Positions 29,983 through 38,012 of a stretch of DNA of 38,012 nt are shown here, one piece after another. The notes under the pieces are model-generated. The model was not told the DNA's origin and made no database searches. It was given only the letters and a program-made list of their open reading frames with translations. A program made the position numbers and the translations under genes. Position 1 is the first letter of the stretch; each line of letters begins with the position of its first letter. Source of the stretch: Mariniphaga sp. (GTDB lineage Bacteria; Bacteroidota; Bacteroidia; Bacteroidales; Prolixibacteraceae); the NCBI GenBank assembly GCA_013203525.1, contig JABMQB010000363.1, positions 1 through 38,012 of the forward strand. The letters run 5' to 3'.

Positions 29983-31605
29983 ATGGAAAATGTTTATTTG
30001 AAAATAATTTCGGAAGTTGTAAAAGGCGAGGTAGTTGTTTTGGGGACGCTTATTAAAACCAAGGGATCTACTCCGCAGGTTCCTGGTGCTTCTGCTATTT
30101 TTAATTCAGAAGGATTGAAATTTGGGACCATGGGTGGTGGTATCCTTGAAGCCGAGGCACAGAAATTAGCGCAGAAATCAATTCAGTCTAAAATCGATAT
30201 TTATAAAGAATTTAGCCTTAATGCAGGCATCAATGATAAAACAGGTGCTATTTGTGGAGGCTCAGCATTTTTTTTACTCGATGCAAATCCGGGAGAAAGC
30301 CTGGATACATTCAAGCAGGTTAAAAATTCACTTGAAAAAAATACAGCCGGTGTATTAGTCTCCGAAATTAGGAATCATAAGAACAAAGTATCAATTAAAC
30401 GATTTTGGTTTAATACGGAAGAAAAAGTTCTTTGTGATTTTTATGAAGAATTTGGCTTGGGATGCGATGAATTTAGCCTGATTTTAAAAGAAAAAAAACC
30501 AGCGTTAGTTGAAAAACCAGGAAATGTGATTTTTGCTGAACCGGTTTTTCCTGCCCCTGAATTAATAATTGTTGGAGCAGGTCATATTGGGCAGGCATTA
30601 TCCAAATTAGGTAGTTTTATTGGATTCAATGTTACCGTTATTGATAACCGCCCAGAGCTTGCAACCAAAGAAAGGTTTCCGGATGCCAACAAGATTTTTA
30701 TTTCAGAAATTTCAAATTGTTTTGAAGAGATAAAGATTTCAGGTAATTCTTACATTGTCATCGTAACACAAGGCCATCGCGAAGATTCTGAAGCTTTAAA
30801 ATGCTGTATAAAATCAGATGCAGCTTATATTGGGATGATCGGCAGTAAACGAAAAATTGCCCTGGTCAGGGAAAAGTTTATTAAAGAAGTCATATGTACT
30901 GAAAGCGAATTTGACAGGATTTATGCACCGGTAGGAATTGATATAAATTCTAAAACAGTTGAGGAGATTGCAGTGAGTATAACTGCACAGATTATTCAGT
31001 CCAGAAATCAGAAACAGGGAAATGAAATCTGGTGTATGATCCTTGCTGCAGGCGAATCAAAACGAATGAAACAACAGAAGTTGTTATTGCCGTTTAGAGG
31101 AAAAACTATTATTGAGTCGGTTGTTAAAAAAGCAGTTGCTTCAAAATCTGATAGAGTGCTGGTTGTAACCGGAAGCGATGAGGACAGGATTATTCCCTTA
31201 ATTGAACAGGAAAATGTTCAAACGGCATCAAATAAAAATTATCAGGACGGAATGTTTTCCTCGGTATTATGCGGAATAAATGTCTTGCCCGATGCTGCTG
31301 CTGTGGTTGTAATGCTTGGTGACCAACCTATGGTTCAAACCGATGTAATTAATAGTTTAATAAAAGATTTTAAAAGAGCTGGAAATGGAATAATTATTCC
31401 AACATATAAAGGGAAGAGAGGCCATCCCATCTTAATTGATTTAAAATTCAGGAAAAAAATTATTAATTTAAGTGGGAATACCGGATTGCGGGAATTACTT
31501 GTAAAATACCCTGAAGAAATAAAGGAAGTTGAAGTAGGGACGGAAGAAATTCTTAATGATATTGATACACCTGAAGATTATAAGAAAGAAACAAAAAATA
31601 ACTAA
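29983..31605 (+). CDS. Fusion protein: XdhC/CoxI-type molybdoenzyme maturation chaperone plus MocA/MobA-like molybdenum-cofactor nucleotidyl(cytidylyl)transferase
   Basis: 540 aa. Residues 1 to about 340 carry an XdhC_CoxI N-domain (GSTPQVPGASAIF...GGGILE) and an XdhC Rossmann domain (LIIVGAGHIGQAL...IVIVTQGHREDSEAL...YIGMIGSKRK). From about residue 347 (nt about 31021) comes a MobA/MocA-like block: ILAAGESKRMKQQKLLLPFRGKTIIE...GDQP...KGKRGHPILI. Confidence 0.8.
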   Translation: MENVYLKIISEVVKGEVVVLGTLIKTKGSTPQVPGASAIFNSEGLKFGTMGGGILEAEAQKLAQKSIQSKIDIYKEFSLNAGINDKTGAICGGSAFFLLDANPGESLDTFKQVKNSLEKNTAGVLVSEIRNHKNKVSIKRFWFNTEEKVLCDFYEEFGLGCDEFSLILKEKKPALVEKPGNVIFAEPVFPAPELIIVGAGHIGQALSKLGSFIGFNVTVIDNRPELATKERFPDANKIFISEISNCFEEIKISGNSYIVIVTQGHREDSEALKCCIKSDAAYIGMIGSKRKIALVREKFIKEVICTESEFDRIYAPVGIDINSKTVEEIAVSITAQIIQSRNQKQGNEIWCMILAAGESKRMKQQKLLLPFRGKTIIESVVKKAVASKSDRVLVVTGSDEDRIIPLIEQENVQTASNKNYQDGMFSSVLCGINVLPDAAAVVVMLGDQPMVQTDVINSLIKDFKRAGNGIIIPTYKGKRGHPILIDLKFRKKIINLSGNTGLRELLVKYPEEIKEVEVGTEEILNDIDTPEDYKKETKNN

Positions 31606-31607
31606 TC

Positions 31608-32084
31608 ATGAAACAAAAAATTGAATTTGAGTTAAATGGGAAAAAGGTAAATGTTGAGCTCGAAAAAACTCAAACCCTTTTATGGGTTTTAAGGACTCAT
31701 TTTGACCTTACCGGAACCAAGTATGGCTGTGGAGAGGGGTATTGCGGTGCCTGCACGGTTTTAATGGATAACGAAGCCGTTAGATCTTGTACTATTCAAA
31801 TGGAAGAAGTTGCCGGCAAAGTTATTGTTACCATCGAAGGCCTTTCAAAGAAAGGAGAACTTCATCCTGTTCAGAAAGCATTTGTTGAAAATGATGCCCT
31901 ACAGTGTGGTTATTGTACCCCGGGAATGATAATGAATGCAGTTGGATTATTAAAACAAAATCCTAATCCAACAAAAGAAGATATTATATGGGGAATGGAA
32001 GATAACCTGTGCCGTTGTGGTGCCCATAATCGTATTATTGATGCTATTCAGGAAGCATCTGTTAAAATGAATGGAGGGAAATAA
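31608..32084 (+). CDS. (2Fe-2S)-binding small subunit of a xanthine-dehydrogenase-family molybdoenzyme (IorA/PaoA/CoxS-like)
   Basis: 158 aa. Both cluster motifs are present: GCGEGYCGACTV (plant-ferredoxin type) and CGYCTPG...CRCGAH. It starts 2 nt after the preceding stop. Confidence 0.92.
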   Translation: MKQKIEFELNGKKVNVELEKTQTLLWVLRTHFDLTGTKYGCGEGYCGACTVLMDNEAVRSCTIQMEEVAGKVIVTIEGLSKKGELHPVQKAFVENDALQCGYCTPGMIMNAVGLLKQNPNPTKEDIIWGMEDNLCRCGAHNRIIDAIQEASVKMNGGK

Positions 32085-32086
32085 TT

Positions 32087-34231
32087 ATGAAACCGGAACA
32101 AATTGATAAATTTTATTTTAGCGACGTAAATTCTCCTCCGGGAGTTACTCGCCGCGATTTTTTGAAAAAACTGGGAGGTGGAATCATAATTATTTTTTCA
32201 CTTGGTGCATATACAGTTGTAAACGGCTGCCTTCAGAAAAAAGAGGAAGAAGAAGGCGAGGTGCCCGAGTTTAATGCTTTTTTAAGAGTAAAAGAAGACG
32301 GAACGGTTGATTGTTACAGCGGGAAAATTGAAATGGGACAGGGGATTATTACTTCGTTGGCACAAATTTTAGCCGATGAACTGGAAGTTCCGCTGGAAAG
32401 TGTTAATATGATTATGGGTGATACCGATCTGGTTCCCTATGATGCAGGTACCTGGGGTTCGATGACCACTCGTTTTCATGATCCGCTAATCAGAGCGGCA
32501 GCTGCTGAAGCACGCGGGATTTTAGTCGAACTGGCTTCAGAAAAACTGAATATACCGGCTGCCGGTTTAAAAGCCGAAGCAGGTAAAGTTGTTAGTATTG
32601 AAAACAACAAGAAAAGTGTAAGTTATGCAAAGTTAACTAAAGGCAAAAAGATTGTTCGAAGCCTTGGAGAAGAAGTGCATATTAAAAAACCGGATGAATT
32701 TAAGGTAATAGGAAAATCATTTACCAGAAGAGATGCCCTTGAAAAAGTTACCGGTGCTGCTAAATATACAGCAGATATTAATCTTGATGGATTGTTATAT
32801 GCACGAATTGCCAGGCCTCTGGCTCATGGATCAAAGCTGATAAGTTCTGATATTTCCGAAGCTGAAAGCATTAATGGGGTAAAGGTTCTGAAAGAAGACG
32901 ATTTTATTGTTGTATTACATGCTGATCCGGAAATGGCAATGCGGGCTCTTGACATGGTGAAAACGGAATGGAAAATACCCGATGTAATTGCCGATAATGA
33001 ATCAATTTTTGAGCACATCAAAAAAACAGCCACTGATAAAAGAGTGCGCCATGAAGGTGGCGACCTTGCAAAAGGAAGGAAAGAATCGGTAATGGTTGTT
33101 GAGGAGGAATACCACGATGGTTATAAAGCCCATGCCCCAATTGAAACACATGCAGCTACTGCTGTTTTTGAAGAAGGAAAGCTTACTATGTGGGTTTCGT
33201 CGCAAACACCTTTTGGTACAAGGCAGGAAATTTCAGATCAATTATCACTTCCACTGGAAATGGTTCATATCAAACAAATTTTTCTGGGTGGTGGATTTGG
33301 CGGTAAAATTTATAACCAACAGGCAATTGAAACAGCCCGTATTGCAAAAATATTGGAAGGCACACCTGTTCAGGTAATGTGGACAAGGAAGGAAGAATTT
33401 ATGTACGATATGTTCAGATCTGCTGCTGTTATGAAAATAGGTTCAGGGATGGATAAAACAGGTAAACTGAATTATTGGAATTTTGACATTTACTGTGCCG
33501 GCGACCGCGGAACAAATTTGTTCTATAATATTCCAAACCACCAGACCGCTTTATTTGATGGGCCGGATGTCCATCCTTTTGGAACAGGAGCATGGCGTGC
33601 CCCTGGAAATCCGTCAACAACCTTTGCACGTGAGTCGCACATCGATATTATGGCCAGTAAAATAAACATGGATCCGCTTGAATTCAGGTTAAAAAATATG
33701 AATAATGAACGGGCAATAAGGTCATTAAAACTGGCTGCTGAAACCTTTGGGTGGGAAAAAGAATTGCCCGAAGGCCACGGAAAAGGGATTGCAGTTGGTG
33801 ACGATGCTGGAACTTTTGTGACGATTATTGTCGAAGTGAAAGTAGATACGCAAACAGGAAGTGTTAAGGTAGTGAGGGCTGTAGTTGGCCAGGATATGGG
33901 GCAAGTTGTAAATCCTCAGGGAGTGGCTATTCAAGCCGAAGGTTGTGTTAACATGGGGCTTGGTTATGCTTTAACTGAAGATATTGAATTTAATTGGAAG
34001 GAAGTAAAATCCAGTAATTTCGATAATTACGAGATTCCCCGGTTTTCAATGATTCCGGAAAAAATTGAATCTCCAACCGTAGATGCAATGGATGAACCAC
34101 CTCAGGGTGGAGGTGAGCCTGCAATAATTGGTGTAGGAGGAGCGGTGGCAAATGCTGTATTTAATGCTTGTGGTGCCCGTGTTTTCAGAATGCCAATTAC
34201 TCCTGAACGCGTATTGGCCGCTATGAGCTAA
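32087..34231 (+). CDS. Molybdopterin-binding large subunit, IorB-type (xanthine dehydrogenase/aldehyde oxidase family), with a twin-arginine motif
   Basis: 714 aa. The N-terminus has VTRRDFLKKLGGGIIIIFSLGAYTVVNGC. IorB-type blocks follow: FNAFLRVKEDGTV..GKIEMGQG, GGGFGGK, GAWRAPG and PQGGGEPAI. It starts 2 nt after the 2Fe-2S gene stop. Confidence 0.85.
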   Translation: MKPEQIDKFYFSDVNSPPGVTRRDFLKKLGGGIIIIFSLGAYTVVNGCLQKKEEEEGEVPEFNAFLRVKEDGTVDCYSGKIEMGQGIITSLAQILADELEVPLESVNMIMGDTDLVPYDAGTWGSMTTRFHDPLIRAAAAEARGILVELASEKLNIPAAGLKAEAGKVVSIENNKKSVSYAKLTKGKKIVRSLGEEVHIKKPDEFKVIGKSFTRRDALEKVTGAAKYTADINLDGLLYARIARPLAHGSKLISSDISEAESINGVKVLKEDDFIVVLHADPEMAMRALDMVKTEWKIPDVIADNESIFEHIKKTATDKRVRHEGGDLAKGRKESVMVVEEEYHDGYKAHAPIETHAATAVFEEGKLTMWVSSQTPFGTRQEISDQLSLPLEMVHIKQIFLGGGFGGKIYNQQAIETARIAKILEGTPVQVMWTRKEEFMYDMFRSAAVMKIGSGMDKTGKLNYWNFDIYCAGDRGTNLFYNIPNHQTALFDGPDVHPFGTGAWRAPGNPSTTFARESHIDIMASKINMDPLEFRLKNMNNERAIRSLKLAAETFGWEKELPEGHGKGIAVGDDAGTFVTIIVEVKVDTQTGSVKVVRAVVGQDMGQVVNPQGVAIQAEGCVNMGLGYALTEDIEFNWKEVKSSNFDNYEIPRFSMIPEKIESPTVDAMDEPPQGGGEPAIIGVGGAVANAVFNACGARVFRMPITPERVLAAMS

Positions 34232-34271
34232 TTATTGTTGTTTCAAAATATAATATTGAAAGAATTTGATT

Positions 34272-36413
34272 ATGGACAAATTAAAAGATTATAAAGAATA
34301 CCTGAAAACTCACATCCCCGGTGTAAAACGAAGGGATTTTTTTAAATGGCTGGGTGGAGGAATTTATGTCTTTTTCAATGTTGGAAGTGCAATTGATGTT
34401 TTGGCAGCCGATGGAGAACAATTCAGGAGGACGCCTGATGATTTTAATGCATTTTTACTTGTTCATGAGGATGGAACAGTTTCCTGTTTCGTAGGGAAAA
34501 TTGAAATGGGCCAGGGAGCTATTACTTCATTTCCACAGATGGTGGCAGATGAACTGGATGTGGCATTTGAAAAAGTTAAAATGGTAATGGGCGATACGGA
34601 TTTATGTCCATGGGACATGGGAACCTTTGGATCGATGTCAGTACGCATTTTAGGTCCTTCGCTTATGGCAGCTGCAGCCGAAGCCAGAGCTGTACTTCTT
34701 CAGTTGGGTGCTGAATCACTTGGAATTCCTGTTGAGCAACTTGATGTAAAAGATGGTATTATTTTTAATAAAAATGATAATAAAAAGAAAGTATCATATC
34801 AAAAACTTACTAAGGGTAAAAAGATCGAACGGTTTATGGAGCAAAAGCCTGCTGTGAAAGATTATTCTGAACACAGAGTAATGGGCAAACCAAAGCTTCA
34901 TCAGGATGCGATTGCAAAAGTTAATGGGCAGGCAAAATATTCAGGAGATATGCGATTGCCCGGAATGGTTTATGCCCGTATTCTGCACCCACCGTCACAT
35001 GCCGCTACTCTGGAATCGGCAGATATTTCGGAAGCTGAAAAAGTGAAAGGAGTGCAGATTGTAAGAGATGGCGACCTGTTAGCCGCTTTACATGAAAATC
35101 CCGAAATTGCTGAAAAATCCCGTGCATTAATAAAAGCTGAATACTCCTTTGATGAAATGGAAATCGATAATAGCAATATGTTTGAGTATCTGTTTAAAAA
35201 TGCTCCTCAGGGAAACAGCAATCTTAATGAGGGAGATATTTCTACAGGGAAAGAACAGGCAACTAGTATTTTTGAAAATGAATTTTTTGATGGGTATGTT
35301 GCTCATTCTCCCATGGAGCCTCATACTGCAATGGCTAATCTTGAAAACGGTAAAATGACAGTTTGGGCAGGGACTCAAACTCCATTTCCTGCAAAAAGCA
35401 ATATTGCACGAGTACTCGGGTTCGAGGAGGAAAACGTTAGGGTATTACCTCCTTTTCTTGGAGGTGGTTTTGGTGGTAAGTCGGCACACCAACAGGCAAT
35501 TGAAGCAGCCAGATTGGCACAAATTACTAATAAACCGGTGATGGTTGACTGGAACCGGCAGGAGGAGTTTTTTTACGATGAATTCAGGCCCGCAGCAATT
35601 GTAAAAATTAATTCAGGGATAGATGATAATGGCAGGATTACCATGTGGGATTATCATGTTTATTATGCTGGCGATCGCGGTGCTGAAACAATGTATAATA
35701 TCCCACATCAGAAAAGAACAGTATATGGACGAGGTTGGTCTGCACCTGAAATTCATCCTTTTCCAACAGGTGCATGGCGTGGCCCGGGAAACAGTACCAA
35801 TACATTTGCTCGCGAGGTACAAGTAGATATTATGGCTGCTAAAGCCGGAATTGATCCGGTAGAATTCAGGTTAAACAATTTGGTAGATAAACGGGCGATT
35901 GATGTATTGAAAGAGGTTGCTAAAATGGTTAACTGGAAACCGGCAAAATCACCAAGTGGTAGGGGCTACGGAGTAGCGATTGGATTCGATGCCGGAACCT
36001 ATGTAGCACATATTGCGGAAGTTGAAGTGAATAAAGATACTGGTGAAATTAAGGTTTTAAAAGTATCCTGCGCACAGGAAATGGGATTTTGTGTTAACCC
36101 TCAGGGAGCTACCATTCAAATGGAAGGTTGTATAAATATGGGGCTTGGCTATGCACTTAAAGAGGAAGTAGAATTTGAAGGAGGCAAGGTAAAAAGTGCC
36201 AATTTTGATACTTATGAAATTCCAAAGTTTTCATGGATTCCGGAAATTAAAACAAAAATTCTGGAAAGAAATGAACCACCTCAGGGCGGAGGAGAACCGG
36301 CTATTATTTGTATGGGCGCAGTAATAGCCAATGCTATTTTTGATGCAACTGGAGCAAGGTTATTCCGTATGGCTATGACCCCTGAAAGAGTTATTGAAGC
36401 ATTGAAAAAATAA
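34272..36413 (+). CDS. Second, paralogous IorB-type molybdopterin-binding large subunit with a twin-arginine motif
   Basis: The track start at 34266 is a TTG; I prefer the ATG at 34272, giving MDKLKDY.... The N-terminus has VKRRDFFKWLGGGIYVFF. It is collinear with the preceding protein throughout: FNAFLLVHEDGTV..GKIEMGQG, GGGFGGK, GAWRGPG and PQGGGEPAI. Confidence 0.85.
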   Translation: MDKLKDYKEYLKTHIPGVKRRDFFKWLGGGIYVFFNVGSAIDVLAADGEQFRRTPDDFNAFLLVHEDGTVSCFVGKIEMGQGAITSFPQMVADELDVAFEKVKMVMGDTDLCPWDMGTFGSMSVRILGPSLMAAAAEARAVLLQLGAESLGIPVEQLDVKDGIIFNKNDNKKKVSYQKLTKGKKIERFMEQKPAVKDYSEHRVMGKPKLHQDAIAKVNGQAKYSGDMRLPGMVYARILHPPSHAATLESADISEAEKVKGVQIVRDGDLLAALHENPEIAEKSRALIKAEYSFDEMEIDNSNMFEYLFKNAPQGNSNLNEGDISTGKEQATSIFENEFFDGYVAHSPMEPHTAMANLENGKMTVWAGTQTPFPAKSNIARVLGFEEENVRVLPPFLGGGFGGKSAHQQAIEAARLAQITNKPVMVDWNRQEEFFYDEFRPAAIVKINSGIDDNGRITMWDYHVYYAGDRGAETMYNIPHQKRTVYGRGWSAPEIHPFPTGAWRGPGNSTNTFAREVQVDIMAAKAGIDPVEFRLNNLVDKRAIDVLKEVAKMVNWKPAKSPSGRGYGVAIGFDAGTYVAHIAEVEVNKDTGEIKVLKVSCAQEMGFCVNPQGATIQMEGCINMGLGYALKEEVEFEGGKVKSANFDTYEIPKFSWIPEIKTKILERNEPPQGGGEPAIICMGAVIANAIFDATGARLFRMAMTPERVIEALKK

Positions 36414-36436
36414 TAAAAAGTTAATATTTTATTAAG

Positions 36437-36467
36437 AAGCCTTTTGATTTTTCAAAGGGCTTTTTTT
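36437..36467 (+). terminator. Rho-independent terminator candidate after the molybdoenzyme genes
   Basis: AAGCCTTTTGA(36437-36447), loop TTTT, then TCAAAGGGCTT(36452-36462) with one G-U pair. It runs into a 7-T tract (36461-36467), 24 nt after the stop at 36413. Confidence 0.55.
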
Positions 36468-36517
36468 ATGAGTTTTATATTCTATATTCGCTGATACATT
36501 TTTACAAACCAACAGCA

Positions 36518-37993
36518 ATGAAACATATATTTACAGTTTTTATTATTTTCCTCACAATAACCTTAAATGCTAAAACCTTGTATGTATCTGTTGATGGCAA
36601 TGATTCCGGTTCCGGAGAAAATATTGAAAATCCTTTAAAAACTATTACAAAAGCAATATCATTGGTTAATCCTGGTGATATAATTTATGTTAGGGGAGGG
36701 GTACATTCATATTCCTCAACAATTTATATCTCGAAAAGTGGTAATCAGGTTGATACATGTTTTCTAATGGCTTATCCCGGAGAGCACCCAATTCTTGATT
36801 TTTCTGGTACTCAATTTGGGAAAAGAGGAATCAGTCTAACTGGTGATTATTGGCATATTAAAGGTTTTGATTTTGTTTATGCCGGTGATAACGGAATGAA
36901 TATTTCGGGTGGCGGAAATAATGTTATTGAGTTTTGTTCATTTTATGAAAATAAAGATACCGGGCTTCAGATGGGAAATGGTGCTCACGACAATACAGTT
37001 AAAAACTGTGATTCGTATTACAATGCCGATCCTCCTGATTATGGTGATGCCGATGGATTTGCACCTAAACTTGATGTGGGATCAAATAATAAATTTATTG
37101 GTTGCCGGGCTTGGGGAAATTGCGATGATGGTTGGGATGGTTATATGCGTGGGGCTTCCAATGTAACTACTATCCTTGAAAATTGCTGGACCTGGGGAAA
37201 TGGTTATTTAAAAGATGGTACCGATCCTGGGGCAAAGGCCAATGGAAATGGTTTTAAAATGGGTGGTGGCGATAACAGCAACAACCTGAACCTGACTCAT
37301 CATTTTTATTTGACTAATTGTATTGCATTTAATAATAAAGCCAAAGGATTCGACCAGAATAATAATGTCGGTACCATGTCATTGATAAATTGTACGGGTT
37401 ATAATAATATTACATCCAATTTCAGAATAAAAAAGGTACTTGCAGCAGGAGAGACATTAGCAGTAAAAAACAGTGTATCGTATAATGGAAGGGTAGAACT
37501 TGGAGGTTTTGCAATTCAGGAAACAAATAGCTGGATTGTACCATTTATTGTAAATGAAGAAGACTTTGTTAGCCTGGATGCAAGTACAGCATCTACACCA
37601 AGAGAAGCAGATGGAAGTTTACCCGACATAGAATTTCTACATCTGGCCTCGGGTAGCGATTTGATTGATGCAGGCGTAGATGTTGGATTACCATTCCAAG
37701 GCACTGCACCTGATTTGGGTGCTTTTGAATTTACTCTTTCCACAGGCATTCAGCAGTTATCAAATAATACAATTGTTTATTCTACAAATGAATATTTAAT
37801 TATCCGGTTTCAAAATAGAATAACTGAGTCGATTGATTGCAGGCTTTTCAATATAAACGGACAATTGATTTCTCAATCAAAGGCAAATTCAGAAGTACAT
37901 CAAATATTCTGGCAAGGATTTAAATCAGGAATATATATACCCAATCCGAATAGGTTTTCGGGGAAAATATTTTCTAATGCGTTGGAGGAGTAA
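36518..37993 (+). CDS. Right-handed parallel beta-helix polysaccharide lyase, PL9-like pectate lyase candidate, with a T9SS C-terminal sorting domain
   Basis: 491 aa with a signal peptide. It opens LYVSVDGNDSGSGENIENPLKTITKAISLVNPGDIIYVRGGVH. Repeated N/G-rich beta-helix turns include DYGDADGFAPK and NGNGFKMGG, which are Ca-site and Lys-base-like blocks of PL9 enzymes. The last roughly 75 aa (...LIIRFQN...CRLFNINGQLIS...GFKSGIYI...) fit the Por-secretion-tail pattern. Confidence 0.68.
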   Translation: MKHIFTVFIIFLTITLNAKTLYVSVDGNDSGSGENIENPLKTITKAISLVNPGDIIYVRGGVHSYSSTIYISKSGNQVDTCFLMAYPGEHPILDFSGTQFGKRGISLTGDYWHIKGFDFVYAGDNGMNISGGGNNVIEFCSFYENKDTGLQMGNGAHDNTVKNCDSYYNADPPDYGDADGFAPKLDVGSNNKFIGCRAWGNCDDGWDGYMRGASNVTTILENCWTWGNGYLKDGTDPGAKANGNGFKMGGGDNSNNLNLTHHFYLTNCIAFNNKAKGFDQNNNVGTMSLINCTGYNNITSNFRIKKVLAAGETLAVKNSVSYNGRVELGGFAIQETNSWIVPFIVNEEDFVSLDASTASTPREADGSLPDIEFLHLASGSDLIDAGVDVGLPFQGTAPDLGAFEFTLSTGIQQLSNNTIVYSTNEYLIIRFQNRITESIDCRLFNINGQLISQSKANSEVHQIFWQGFKSGIYIPNPNRFSGKIFSNALEE

Positions 37994-38012
37994 TTAACAA
38001 TCTGGATGTTAA

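Overview
AT-rich segment that looks like a Bacteroidota chromosome. This is inferred from a T9SS-type C-terminal sorting domain, lipoprotein and SPI signal peptides on nearly all enzymes, tight co-directional gene packing and no Shine-Dalgarno dependence.

The window has two parts. (1) Positions 1-24152, all on the minus strand: a long plant-cell-wall side-chain debranching cluster. It holds an L-rhamnose module (rhaT-rhaM-rhaA), four GH43 genes (one cut by the left edge), three GH51 alpha-L-arabinofuranosidases of three different architectures, one GH127/GH146-type beta-L-arabinofuranosidase and seven intact esterase or alpha/beta-hydrolase genes. It also holds two decayed esterase genes: a truncated copy with an in-frame TAG, and a frameshifted SASA/CE6-like gene. 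No SusC/SusD pair, regulator, transposase, tRNA, rRNA or CRISPR array is visible. (2) Positions 24307-37993, all on the plus strand. This part starts with a Tat-signal xylose-isomerase-like TIM-barrel protein. Next comes a metal-uptake operon: small His-motif membrane protein, coiled-coil plus beta-barrel outer-membrane protein, ZnuA/TroA-family binding protein and two ABC-3 permeases, with no ATPase gene. After that is a self-contained molybdoenzyme locus: an XdhC-MocA fusion, a 2Fe-2S subunit and two tandem paralogous IorB-type molybdopterin subunits, each with a twin-arginine motif. The last gene is a PL9-like beta-helix lyase with a T9SS tail.

I see no defence system or mobile element. 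The two most unusual items are the ATPase-less metal-uptake operon with its own outer-membrane channel, and the duplicated-large-subunit molybdoenzyme locus with no FAD or cytochrome partner, wedged between CAZyme genes. All family calls come from motif recognition by eye. No database search was run.
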